Assembly: GCA_951406725.2 (NCBI GenBank)
Contig: OX597828.1
Span: 6,820,001 to 6,884,000 of the forward strand
DNA from: Octopus vulgaris
Lineage: Eukaryota
Reading direction: 5' to 3'
DNA: 64,000 nt
In this document: piece after piece, positions 12,007 to 24,797 of the stretch
Layout: each line of letters starts with the position of its first letter
Position numbering within the stretch: position 1 is the first letter of the stretch
Made by a program: the position numbers and the translations under genes
Notes under the pieces: model-generated
Databases searched by the model: none
The model's input: the letters and a program-made list of their open reading frames with translations, nothing else
What the model was told of the DNA's origin: nothing

Positions 12007-12882
12007 TAATACTGACTTCGACGGAATTTGATCTCACAGTCTAGAAGATCAGGTTTCAATTGTGTGAGTCGATTAGACTTGTTTCGTCAACATTTCAGCT
12101 ACTCACTAATCTAACGCGCTGTCATTACTATTTTATTGTTTCATTATCAAATTCCTCTTTTAATTAAACTGTCACGAAATAATGTATATATAAAGGTGAC
12201 AAAATTAAATATGACAGTCATTAATATAATGTTCTATGTCAGAAATTATCTTGATAATTATTCTTATAACTTAGCCTTGTTTCTTCTTCATCAAAGAAAA
12301 CCACTTTTAGTCAAAAACCATCAATAACTAATTGGTTTGTCTTTTAGTTACCATAAGAGGAAATTTACGGAAGTATATATATTAAACCCTTCACGTCATT
12401 AAGCTGAAGCGTTACACGGTAGACAGAGTTAATTGTCTAGTCTTTCCGGTTCAGAGCTATTTATCTATCAATGGGGTCACTTCGGCTTCGACACATAAAG
12501 TAATTCTGCTTTGAATATAAACTCAGTCTATCAAAAGTAACATACATATATATTTTGATACCTCTTCCCAAATTATATGGTATCTATGCCGTATATGCTA
12601 CCTGTTCCCAGATAAATCTAGAACATATTCTCAATTTAACTGATGATAATTCCATTGTGGTTTGCTGTCCATTTCCGACGCTTAGATGAAATTCTGTATT
12701 AAATGTTAAAATAATTTAAGATCTTCTGTTCAAACCTGATCAGCCAAGGTGTGCGCAGCCATTTGTCTGTTACTTTATTCACAGACTTTTAACGATTTCA
12801 AATAACGCAGACTACCCAGGTACAAATTTTTTCTGAACTACATGGAATTTTTGTTTTCTAAAGTTGTATATGGCTGTGTTAT

Positions 12883-13304
12883 GGATCTTTTCGGTTTGAA
12901 CGGCAGTTTTTTCTAGCGGCTTCATATGAAATTGTCACCTATAATTATGACCCTAATATCGATCTATTGCATTTTAATCTGTTTTAGGGTTAGGGTTAGG
13001 GTTAGGGGTGGGGGGAAGGGTATCTTTTATTCTTCACAAATGTAAATAAACCCAATCTGTTTCTTAAACGAGGGATATATTCATACGGCACAGAATGTTT
13101 TCACCTCAATAGACGTCATTGATTGGTTGAAATTGCGGAAATTGAAGAAAAAAACAACAAATATCTTATAAACTATAGAATTTTCTCAATAAAGCCACAA
13201 GAAAAAGATGTTTTATAAACACATTCTACCAGTACACGAAGTTTAAAAGTGTTTAGTTACGTGGAATTTATTTTAAAAAACTGCCTTTACAACCGAAAAG
13301 ATCC
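12883..13304 (+). mobile_element. TIR element containing (TTAGGG)4, flanked by a 38-40 bp direct duplication
   Basis: TIR GGATCTTTTCGGTTTGAACGGCAGTTTTT / AAAAACTGCCTTTACAACCGAAAAGATCC. Direct repeat at 12845-12882 and 13305-13344. Second copy at 22815. Confidence 0.85.
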
Positions 13305-13467
13305 GAATTTTTTTGTTTTCTAAAGTTGCATATGGCTGTGTTATTTTTCATAACTGATTATTCTTTACTATTGGGAAAAAAATAAACTTCGCAACTCACT
13401 CTTTAACCCAACATTAATTTAATAAGTAAATTATCTTCTTATGACGTTCGCTATCCAATTAGCGTGA

Positions 13468-13715
13468 GGAGGCGCGTGGCTTAATGGTTAGGGTGTTGAA
13501 CTCATAATCGTATGGTTGTAGTTTCGATTCCTGGACCGGGCGATTCGTTGTGTTCTTGCGCAAAACACTTAATTTTCGCGTTGCCCCAGTTCACTCAGCT
13601 GGCAAAAATGAGTAATCCTTCGACGGACCGGCGTCCCGTCCAGGTGGAGAATTTCTATGCCACTGAAACCGGGAAACCGACCCTTATGAGCCTGGCATGG
13701 CCCGAGAAGGAACAT
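13468..13715 (+). mobile_element. SINE family C (tRNA head)
   Basis: GGCGCGTGGCTTAATGGTTAGG A-box-like and GTTTCGATTCC B-box-like motifs, then GTGTTCTTGCGCAAAACACTT and CGACGGACCGGCGTCCCGTCCAGG. Confidence 0.8.
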
Positions 13716-13930
13716 TTAAAAAAATTTTTGATCCAATAGGTGTAATTGTTTCTTACAATGGAATATCATTCAACGCGTGACTGAGGAAGAAAAATTAAGG
13801 AATAGTAGTTTCTTCCAAAGCAAAACCCCTCTAAGAAATGAATCAGTGTATTTAGAAATATTCAATATCGATCATCTTTTCAACAGCACGTTTTTGAATA
13901 TGATGAAGGGTAAGGAAATATTTTCAACAT

Positions 13931-14322
13931 AGGCGCAGGTCTACGTAGTTAGAATTACTTCCCAACCACATGGTTCCGGGTTCAGACCCACTGCGGGGCA
14001 TCTTAGAAGAGTGCCTTCTAATGTAGTACCTCGGGCAGACCAATGCTTTGTGAGTGGATTTGGTAAACAGAAACCGAAAGTAGCCCGTCGATTTTTATAT
14101 ATTTATACATATATATAAATATCTATGTGTGTGTGTCTTTCTATTTGTGTTGGCAACCGTTGATAGTTTGTTTACATCCCCGTATATTAGCGATTCGGCA
14201 GGGAGGCCGATAGAATGAATACCAAGCTTCAAAATAAGTGCTGGGGGTCGAGACTTTCGACTAAAAATTCTTCAAAACGGTGCCCCAGCCTGGCCGCAGT
14301 CTAATGACTGAAACAAGTAAAA
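13931..14322 (+). mobile_element. SINE family A, near full length
   Basis: Head AGGCGCAGG, internal (TA)/(TG) tract, tail GACTGAAACAAGTAAAA. Confidence 0.85.
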
Positions 14323-14675
14323 TATTAAAAAAAAAAAAAAAAAGAAACAGAAACTGATTAGACTTCTTCAAAAAGTGAAATTACATTTCGAATACCAACA
14401 TTCCTGCTTCGACAAACAAATCAGTAAATTCGTAGAAAATATAGAATAATTAAACAACGTAAACAATAAGAGTTGGAATTCCCTTTCTATTATAGTTTTC
14501 CCATCTATTTATAGTTTTTCCACATGCAAAAATTGACACTGAACGTAATAGGGAATTCCTTGAATGTCTACGTAATGGTGGACTCCTTGAATTTGATGTC
14601 ACTCTCGTTCAATTCTAGGTCAGCCATAATTGAACTGTCATGATCATCTCATTTATTATTATTTTTTATACATAA

Positions 14676-15367
14676 CTAGCAGTATGGCCCGGCATTACTC
14701 GGTTTTGTTTCGACCCTTTAGAATTTTTGAAAATTAAAAATTTTACATTATGTAGCTTGTTATTCTCTTTAAATGAACATTTTAATGGTTTAAATACACC
14801 GAAAAATGGCGACACAGCAGTCAAAAAATCATAAAAGAAATAGATTTCCATAGAAAAAAAGCACCTTTTTGATGTAAATAATTTTTGGTCCTAACATGCT
14901 CCGATTTGAATTTTTTCTTCTACAGAATGAAGAGCAAGCTTTCTTCTATCATACTCTCAATTTTGGTTAATTTTGGTCAACTTGCGCCGCAGGGTCTTAA
15001 AGGCTATCAAACCTGCCACACATAGACAACTTCAGTTTTATATATATATATTTTTATTTTTCATGCAATTTACGCATACTTGCACGCGTGGTGAACACAG
15101 TTCACGTCAAACAGCTGACTAAGTAAAGTTCACTATTCAATGCATGGGATAAGGCCTAAACAAACACATTATCGATTTTTGCACTTGCGAGATGAATTTC
15201 GGAACAGTAATAGTGCAGTTCAATTTTCATTCGCTTAAACTTTAAGTGACCCATTGTTGGTGGTTCTACGATTTGTTGGCTAGGAGGAGATGTGCCGGAA
15301 AGCTAAACACATAGACACACACACAGATACACACACAGACACACAAGTTGAGTTTTATATATATAGA
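14676..15367 (-). mobile_element. Non-autonomous Helitron(s), probably two stacked 5' ends sharing one 3' end
   Basis: On the minus strand: A|TCTATATATATAAAA at 15367, a second TATATAAAAACTGAAGTTG start near 15045, and a 3' hairpin CCGAGTAATGCCGG followed by CTAG|T at 14676. Confidence 0.8.
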
Positions 15368-15939
15368 TATATCTACATATAACTCAAAGCATATATATAT
15401 ATATCCAGAGGCTCGATGTCATCTTGAAGGATACGGAGGGACTGACACGCAACCACAAGTGATGGCGGGCACTGATCTGTTCTACGTATGGTGAGGTATT
15501 TTAGGACCACTAACCTGGGATGACCTTAACCCCATCAATCAAGAGCATGAAGCAAGCAAACAAGCTCATATAATTTATATTTATATATTGTACATCCTAT
15601 CTCTGCGATTATATATATTTTTCTTTTCATTTAGAGATAGTAGGCCCCTTCATCTCACCATATAAAAAATAATTTTTAATATTAAATACCTACTACTTTA
15701 TAACTTGGCTACACGTGTTTCATGAAGTACATTTCTTGGTTCCTAAACCACTCCGTGTTTTGCTGGAGCCATTCTTAAAATATAACCCCAATCTTCAGGC
15801 CTCTATATCAATTTCTCATAGTTCAATACTATAAACTATATTTTAATTTTTTTAAACCCATAAGTATGTGTAAAATAGATTCGCTGGACCCTACAGTACA
15901 AGGAAGGGCAGACATGTCGGCCCTATTGGCCAATAAATA

Positions 15940-15980
<41 letters not shown>

Positions 15981-15982
<2 letters not shown>

Positions 15983-16380
15983 CCAGTTGAGCATGTCCCT
16001 TAGTGGCTGACGATATGTGCATCTCTGATCACGAGCAGAAGTAGTGGGGGAGCATCATAGCCATGTGTTGAGAGGGATGCTTTGGGGTTTGAATAGTTCA
16101 CCTCTGGAAACATGGGTGGTTCTTTCAACATCCTTAAACAACCCTTATTCGGGGACCGTTTGAGCGGGATGGGCTACTCAACCTGAAGAAAATTCAAACT
16201 GGGCCCCACCTGCAAGGTCATGTGCTGTTTATCTTGATATGAGATCACCATGTCGCGCACATATGGTTGTGATGCATGTGCCTGGTGTACCTTTATCAGA
16301 CGGGTAGTCATGATGGGTATATTGGGCTTCGTATATTTTACCCCAGTGTCACTTTGATGGCATGAACTGCTCTCTCACTC
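15981..16380 (+). mobile_element. Family E retroposon tail (Dong/R4-like) in (AAT)n
   Basis: 5'-truncated, ends CTCTCTCACTC then (AAT)n. (AAT)n also lies immediately upstream. Confidence 0.8.
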
Positions 16381-16445
<65 letters not shown>

Positions 16446-16459
16446 TGATGATGATTATG

Positions 16460-16507
<48 letters not shown>

Positions 16508-16529
16508 GTTGTTGTTGTTGTTGTTTTTG

Positions 16530-16561
<32 letters not shown>

Positions 16562-16573
16562 GTTATTATTATT

Positions 16574-17075
16574 GAGTGAGAGAGCAGTGTATGACATCAA
16601 AGTGACGCTGGCGTAAAATATACGAAGCCCAGTAAACTCATCATAACTACCCGTCTGATAAGGGTACACTAGGCACATGCATCACAACCATATGGGCACG
16701 ACATGGTGATCTCATATCATGATAAACAGCGCATGATATTGCAGGTGGGGCCCAATTAGAATCTTCTTCTGGTCGAGTAAGCCATCCCGCTCAAAAGGTC
16801 CCTGAATAAGGATTGTTTAAGGATGCTGAACGAAACACCTATGTTTCCAAAGGTGAATTATTCAAACCTCAAAGAATCCTTCTGAACACATGGCTATGAT
16901 GCTCCCCCACTACTTCAGCTCGTGATCAGAGATGCACATATCGTCAGCCACTAAGGGACATGGTCAACTGGTTAAGGTCAAACAACTGACAAGCAAATCT
17001 GTGGTATTGAGCAGAATATTTGCTGTAGCCCATCTTTTATACCAAGACAAAACAATGTACATGATAACACTTCCA
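16574..17075 (-). mobile_element. Family E retroposon tail, inverted
   Basis: Reverse complement of 15981-16380 plus ~100 bp more 5' sequence. (ATT)n on both sides. Confidence 0.8.
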
Positions 17076-17094
17076 TTTACTATTATTATTTTTT

Positions 17095-17222
17095 TCCGCC
17101 GATATTGACTTAGCCTTTTATCCTTTCAAGGTCGATAAAATAAGTACCAGCTAAGTACTGGAGTCGATCTGATTGACTATCCCTTCCTCCAAATTTCAAG
17201 CCTTGTGCCTATAGTAGAAAGT
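17095..17222 (+). mobile_element. SINE family B 3' fragment
   Basis: GGTCGATAAAATAAGTACCAG ... CCTTGTGCCTATAGTAGAAAG. Confidence 0.7.
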
Positions 17223-17224
17223 AT

Positions 17225-17271
17225 TATTGTTTTTGTTGTTGATGATGATGTTGATGTTGTTAGTAGTAGTG

Positions 17272-17313
<42 letters not shown>

Positions 17314-17368
17314 ACAGCAGCAGTACTAGTAGTAGTAGTAATAGCGGCGGCAGCAGCAGCAGCAGCGC

Positions 17369-17403
<35 letters not shown>

Positions 17404-17444
17404 TCAGTAGTAGTAGTACCCGCAGTGGCAACAGTACAAGTCGT

Positions 17445-17518
<74 letters not shown>

Positions 17519-17755
17519 TAGTAGCAGTATTGTTATTGTTTTGTTTCGCGTGAAGATTTTCAATTATGATCAGTTTTGATACACACGGCGTTCGTTGGTT
17601 TGGAAATAACGGAAACTCCGAATTCTTTGAAAACCATACACTTTTCTGTTTCAAGTTGAGATTTTCATTTCATTGGTATTTTTGGCACGTACTGTATGTC
17701 ACTGTTTCTGTTTTCCACATTGTTACATATATACATACATACATACATACATACA

Positions 17756-17836
<81 letters not shown>

Positions 17837-18160
17837 GCACACACAAACATACAGGTTTTTTTTTTGTTTTTGACATTGTTGTTGCTATTATTGCATCTGC
17901 TGCTGTTGTTGTTGTTGCAGCTGTTCTCACTTCTGTTGTTGTTGTTTTTTGTTTTTGTTTTGTTTTTGTTTTTTTTTTTGTTTTTTTTGTTTTTTCTAAT
18001 GCTATTGTTGCTAGTTTTGCTGTTTCGTCCGTTTTCGTTGCTGTTGCTCTTTCTGTTTTTATTGTAGCATTTGTTGTTGTTGTTGTGATTGTTGTTGTTG
18101 TTGTTGTTGTTTTTGTTGATTTTGTTGTTGTTGTTGTTGTCGTCGTGCCTTTGCTGCTTT
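17225..18160. repeat. Low-complexity (AGT/AGC)n, (TACA)n, (TA)n, (GTT)n tracts
   Basis: Seen directly. Confidence 0.9.
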
Positions 18161-19329
18161 TTGCATACATTTTCTGCGGTTGTTTCTCTGGTCGTTATTT
18201 CTGTCACTTGCCGCTGCAATGACTGCATTTCTGTTTGCTTTTGTTATTGCCACTGTTGTGACTACTGCCTCTATAATTGCCGCTGTCGATAGTGAAGCAG
18301 TTAATTTATTTTCTAGCTGCGTCACTCCGCTAAGCAGTGATTCGACAGATAGTTCCTCCGTATGTTTGAGGACAACACACGATACATCGTCATGTAACTT
18401 TCTATAGATAATAAGGATGTTATGTGGAAGTCCAGACAAACAGCTCTTCATCCGTTATAAAATCATTATATCATACATTATGAATATAAGCTCAATCAGT
18501 GAGCAGCATCTGCTGACCTCAACACTTATCAAGGACTGTGTGTAGATTATCACTGTGATATTAGGCTTTTGAACTTGATACTGTTGTTTTCTTTTTATGC
18601 ATAAATTTATGAGTATTAAATGTGATGTATTATGTTATTAGATGTGCTGAAAATAACTCTTAGAACTGAAACTTATCTTCGGCAACAAACTGCATCCTTC
18701 ATCTCACTAACTAGCTTCTGTTTTTTATTTTAAGTTCAACAAACAGAGTCTGATTTTAATCATTTTAAATATATACGTTTGGAAATAATTACTGGCTTAG
18801 ACTTTACCAATATAAGTAAAGTGAATTAATGTAAAACTAGAATTAAATTACAATAGTAGACAACCTTCGCCGAACGTTTTGTCTTTGGATACCCAGGGAA
18901 GATGTCTTTCAAGAGATTTCATGATAGAATAAGCGCTTCATATATTCCATTTGCTCTGTTTGCTCATATTCCTGTGTGAGTCTTTTGAGGTGGATCTCTC
19001 AAGTATTTGTGGGATTATAAGAAAACCTGATGCATAAATGAGTTCATTGCACCGAGTATTATACCGCTGTTTAACTAGGTAGTTTTTTTGTGACCAAATG
19101 GAAAAAGTTTGGAAGAAAGCTTTGTTGCTTGGTCTTGCATAATTTGAATCTTATAATGATGGGTTTATGGATGGCAGCTTGGAAAACAGGGAATGTAGAC
19201 TAAAGTGCACTGTGCTGAAACTTAACGGCGGCGAGTAACCAGTTTGAAATAACGAGCTATGAGCATGCAGTTCACTATTTAATTGCACTTCGTGATTTCA
19301 GTCCAGCGCAAACACATATTCACACCCAC

Positions 19330-19442
19330 ACGCGGATGTATGTGCGTATGCATGTATACGGATGAATGCATACAAGTGTATATGCACATGCATGTGTATA
19401 TAAGCATACATATTGGTTTTTGCGTGTGTATAATGTTATATG

Positions 19443-19474
<32 letters not shown>

Positions 19475-19522
19475 CACGTGTATATATATACATATATACA
19501 CATATCTATATGCATATATGTA

Positions 19523-19554
<32 letters not shown>

Positions 19555-19638
19555 CATATGCATGCATAAATGCACATCTGTACAAACACACACATATGTT
19601 AGGCATATAGACGTATATGAACATGTATATGTATATAA

Positions 19639-19702
<64 letters not shown>

Positions 19703-19780
19703 ATATATATATTCAATTTCAATATATGCAAACATATATAACATATATGTGTGTGTAAGTGTGTGTATGTATGTATGTAC

Positions 19781-19843
<63 letters not shown>

Positions 19844-20522
19844 TATATACACACATTATTTTCCCATTAAACTCTCAACGCCTAAGTGTTACTTATTTAC
19901 TGGCTCTTACTTTTCGCAGCGCATTCTTCTCTTCTAGATTTCTTCTTTCTCTCCGTCCTTCTTGCTTTCTGTCTCGTTTCCTTTTTTCTAGACCACCCCG
20001 TGTATGTAGCTTAAACGATTTTATTTTCGTCTTGCAGTAATAACATGATGTAAGATATTGGCGTTGGAGTAGAAATTCACAAAGCTTTGTCGATGGTTTC
20101 AACAAGGTAAAGGGAGAGAGTTGGGGTTTGTTGTTTTTGAATTAAGGACTCGCAAGTCTTTGCTATCGTTGAAGCATATCACACCACATACTCAAAGATT
20201 CGTCAAGTAAACATGTAGATCGTGAATCAGAATTCTTAGAGAATTTCTATGGACTATATCAGAGGCCCTTTTAAATGTCTATGAATACATGCATAGGTTA
20301 TGTGTGTTTCAGATGTGCTTGAATCAATTTATATATGTATGAATGTATGTATGTATGTATGTATGTATGTATGTATGTATATGTATGACGCGTGTATATA
20401 TTTATATGTATATATACATGTAAGTAAGCATCTCTCTGTATATCTATACATATATATATATATACATATATATATGTATATGCATACACACATGCATACT
20501 CACACACACTCAAATACACACG

Positions 20523-20560
<38 letters not shown>

Positions 20561-21630
20561 CACTAGTGCATATATATATTTATATAAACATGTACATTTA
20601 TATATATATATATACACACACACACAGATATGCATGTATGTATGTATGTATGTATGTATGTATGTATATATGTATATATGTATGTATGTGTGCATGTGTG
20701 TATGTATGTATGTATGTATGTATATATGTATATATGTATGTATGTGTGTATGTATGTATGTATGCATGCATGTATGTATGTATGTATGTATGCATGCATG
20801 TATGTATGTATGTATGTATGCATGTATGTATGTATGTATGTATGTATGTTTGTAAGTATGTATGTATGTATGTATGTATGTATATATGTATGTATGTATG
20901 TGTAGCCTTAAACAAGCAGTGAATCTATGAATTTGCTTCTCACTGGTGCAGGTAAAAGAAAATAATAGATCAGTAGTCAAAGTAACAGCAGCAACAGCAA
21001 CAGCAACAACAACCGCAGCAACAACCGCAGCAACAACAATAACAACAGCATTATCAGTAACAGCAGCAGCTGCCAGTCTGGGCGACAATAGCGAAAGCAA
21101 CAAAGAACATCAGTGGAAAACACCAGGAAAGGATAACAACAGTGGCAAAGCAGAAATAACAACAACAACAACAACAACAACAACAGCAACAACAACAGGA
21201 CTGGTTGCATCAGCAACAGCCAACTGCAAGAACACTTGCACGAAGAAGAAAGTCCACTGGTGAGGATGCATCACCTGCACCAATGAGCATCAAAGATTAT
21301 CAATAGACAGAGCAGCAAAGAGGAACAGTAAGAACGGCAGCACCAAGAACAACAACAACAATAGCATCGGCGACGGCGGCAACAGTAGCGGCAACCACCA
21401 CCACCACCACAATAGCTAAAGCATGAGTGATGATATTTCTGACAGTAACAATAACATCGACAACAATTAGAGTGAGTGAATAACAAAGAAAGTAACGAAA
21501 ACGGCAGCAGCCAGATTGAAGACTCTCTGAAACAATGGCGCAACAGCACGAGTGAAGAATATCTGTAACAGCAGCAGCATCAACAGCAGCAATGAGATAG
21601 GAGCTTTGAGTAATAACAACTTTGCAGCAA
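19330..21630. repeat. Microsatellite-dominated region: (TA)n, (TATG)n, (CAA/CAG)n, with a short unique island at 19860-20300
   Basis: Seen directly. Confidence 0.85.
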
Positions 21631-21636
21631 CAAAAG

Positions 21637-22041
21637 TCTTTTCTACTCTAGGCAAAAGGCCTGAAATTTTGGGAGAGGGGGCCAATCGATTAGATCAATC
21701 CCAGTTTGCAACTGGTACTTCATTTATCGATCCCCCACCCCAAAGGATGAAAGGCAAAGTCGACCTCGGCAGAATTTGAATTCAGAACGTAGCGACGGGC
21801 GAAATACCTATTTCTTTACTACCCACAAGGGGCTAAACATAGAGGGGACAAACAAGGACAGACATAGGTATTAAGTCGATTACATCGACTCCAGTGCGTA
21901 ACTGGTACTTAATTTATCAACACCGAAGGGATGAAAGGTAAAGTCGACACCAGCAGAATTTGAATTCAGAACGTAGCGCCGGGCGAAATACCGCTAAGCA
22001 ATTCGTCCGGCGTGCTAACGATTCTGCCAGCTCGCCACCTT
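21637..22041 (-). mobile_element. Dimeric SINE family B
   Basis: Head at 22041 and two GGATGAAAGG.AAAGTCGAC cores (near 21745 and 21930). The two monomers end in different tails. Confidence 0.88.
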
Positions 22042-22096
22042 AAAAAACAAAAATAAAGGATTTAAAGTAACACAAACAACAGCAGCAACAGCAAGT

Positions 22097-22450
22097 GAAG
22101 GCGCAATGGCCCAGTGGTTAGGGCAGCGGACTCGCGTTCAGAGGATCGCGGTTTCGATTCCCAGACCGGGCGTTGTGTGTGTTTATTGAGCGAAAAACAC
22201 CTAAAGCTCCACGAGACTTCAGCAGGGGGTTGTGGCGATCCCTGTTGTACTCTTTCGCCCCAACTTTCTCTATTTCTTCCTGTTTCTTGCCCCCGACTTC
22301 CTACTCAACCGCTGAGCCTGGATGCGCATTCATCCATCCGTCAATGCTCTCGGTGTCGGGGGTTGACCTGCTTTCTCCTCTGCGGGTCTTACGAATAACA
22401 AAGGACCACGTTTCGGACTTTTCCCATCATGCGAGCTCTGGGACGAAGAC
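22097..22450 (+). mobile_element. tRNA-headed SINE (family C2)
   Basis: GGCGCAATGGCCCAGTGGTTAGGGCAGCGGACTCGCG...GGTTTCGATTCCC. Same head occurs inverted at 57660-57838. Confidence 0.8.
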
Positions 22451-22814
22451 CTATCGCTCAACAGCAACAACAACCATTATGAAGATGAACAGCAACAACA
22501 AGGGCAGAAGGTAACAGTAATGAGAACCAGAAAAAAAAGCAATGCCAGCAAACGTGATGATTTTCAGTAACAACAACGCAGACGACAATCGCGCCTTCCC
22601 AACACACATTGCTACACGAATGGATTCACAATGTACAAAAGCTCCGATATCAAAAAATTCCAATATATTGCTGCAACCAGGGAGGTTACATCAAAGTTGT
22701 TACTTCACTTGCTTGACACACTAGCCATATCATCTTCAAATTCGGTGCTATCGAAGTTAATGATAGATTAGATATTTAGTGCTTCCCTAAGATACTAAAA
22801 GACAAGATGACCAT

Positions 22815-23230
22815 GGGATCTTTTCGGTTTGAACGGCAGTTTTTAACATAATTTCTAGGTAACTAAAACATTTTAAACTTCCTATACTGGTAGAATGTGT
22901 TTATAAAACATCTTTTCTCTTGCTTTATTGAGAAAATTCTATAGTTTATAAGATATTTGTTTGTTTTTCTTCAATTTCTGCAATTTCAACCAATCACTGA
23001 CACTATTGAGGTAAAAAAAAACATTCTGTGCTGTATGAATATGTCCCTCGTTTAAGAAACAGATTGGGTTTATTTACATTTGTGAAGAAAAAAAGATACC
23101 CTTCCCCCTAACCATAACCCCAACCCTAAAATAGATTGAAATGCAATAGATCGATACTAGGGTCATAATTATGGGTGACAATTTCATATGACACCGTTAG
23201 AAAAACTGCCGTTCAAACCGAAAAGATCCC
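22815..23230 (-). mobile_element. Second copy of the TTAGGG-type TIR element, inverted
   Basis: Perfect TIR GGGATCTTTTCGGTTTGAACGGCAGTTTTT / AAAAACTGCCGTTCAAACCGAAAAGATCCC. Degenerate CCCTAA units near 23105-23130. No flanking duplication visible. Confidence 0.88.
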
Positions 23231-24073
23231 TTCGTTAATATGTCTTAAATGGCTCAAATCTTGTCAGCAACAAACAACAGCATCAACAACAAGAAGAATA
23301 ACATCAACACAACAATGGTGACAAAAATAATAATAATAATACAATTTAAGTGAAGTATGGGGGCATGCGCGGTTACAGTGTGTCGCTGCATCTACCATTC
23401 TTCGGTATTTGCTCGGGTCTTCCCGGGGAACCCTCTGAGCAGAGTTCTAATCATTTCCCATCTCTGCGAGATACTCCCTTATCCTGCGTGACCCTGTGGT
23501 ATGTGACCGACCATCGTGAGTTGTTACCCCATTCGGATCCTTAAGAAGAGAACACGATATGAAGAACCGAACCAGGAAAATCGAGCAACATGACCAAACA
23601 GCTATACAAGTAACAGAACACGTATCAGTTTCTGAGTATAGCTGATGTTTGGATACGAAATCGGACAAATGCTAACCGATGATTCTACAGAGGACGCCAG
23701 CAGACACAAAAACAATAGCAATAAAGAATCCATTAAACTATTTTCTTTGGCGCTCTACCGAGTCAGCACCTTTACAACATAATTAATAAGAAAACGTTGT
23801 TTCTGTTATAGGCACAAGGTCTGAAATCTATGGGGAATGGCGGTCGATTGCGTCGACTCCAATACTCGCTTCGTACGTATTTTTTCCGTCTGCAAGGATG
23901 AAAGACACGTGCTTCCTCGGCGTAATTCGAAATTAGAACGTAATGGCTTTATCTAAATACTGTTACTCATTTTTTGCAACATTCTTACGATTCTTACATA
24001 AATGATTGAGTGAACCAGCAAATATTATGCGTCCTGTTCTTTGCCTCTAAAGAAATACATGCATACACACACA

Positions 24074-24152
<79 letters not shown>

Positions 24153-24259
24153 TATAGATAGATAGATATAGATAGATAGATATAGATATATACACATAGA
24201 TGACAGATAGATATAGTATATATACAATACTAATATAAAATATATATATACACATATAT

Positions 24260-24303
<44 letters not shown>

Positions 24304-24437
24304 TACACATATACACATATATATATGTATATACTTATATATATATATATACACATACATATATGTATATATAAATATATGTATACATATATAGATAGAC
24401 AGATTGACAGATAGATAGATAAATGTGTGTACATATC

Positions 24438-24485
<48 letters not shown>

Positions 24486-24690
24486 CAAGTGCGCGGATAC
24501 ATGTGGATATACATATAAATTGCCTTAATTAGTTACCCCGCGTAACAATGGTTAGAATTATCTTATTCACTCACAATATGTGTTGTAGTGTTTACTGTTT
24601 GGTGCTGCGTTACAACTCTACACCGTCAATCATTGAGAGACAGCCTAGCTCCATCCAGAAACAATGAGGAGGGAGAAAAAAAAAACATAC

Positions 24691-24797
24691 TTTAGAATAT
24701 TTACTGGAAATGTGTGTCATGAAGCTCTTTTCAAACAGCTTCCGAACTAATTCCCAAGAGTCCAGCAAGAAAACGGCGCCGTTATGAGTTGGCGTAT
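24691..24797 (-). CDS. Candidate 107-nt exon, unknown product
   Basis: Minus strand TTTTGGTTTTCTTTCAAATTCCCAG| ... AAA|GTATGT. One open frame: (D)TPTHNGAVFLLDSWELVRKLFEKSFMTHISSKYSK. Confidence 0.3.

Noticed and set aside
12983-13006. Interstitial telomere or chromosome fusion scar
   Set aside because: Only four units, lying inside a dispersed TIR element that recurs at 22815.
22097-22172. tRNA gene
   Set aside because: A/B-box-like motifs continue directly into a SINE body, and I could not build a complete cloverleaf. The same applies at 13468 and 57838.
23350-23545. GC-richer unique-looking segment as an exon
   Set aside because: No good splice sites; the minus-strand reading loosely resembles a decayed RTE LINE end but is too weak to call.
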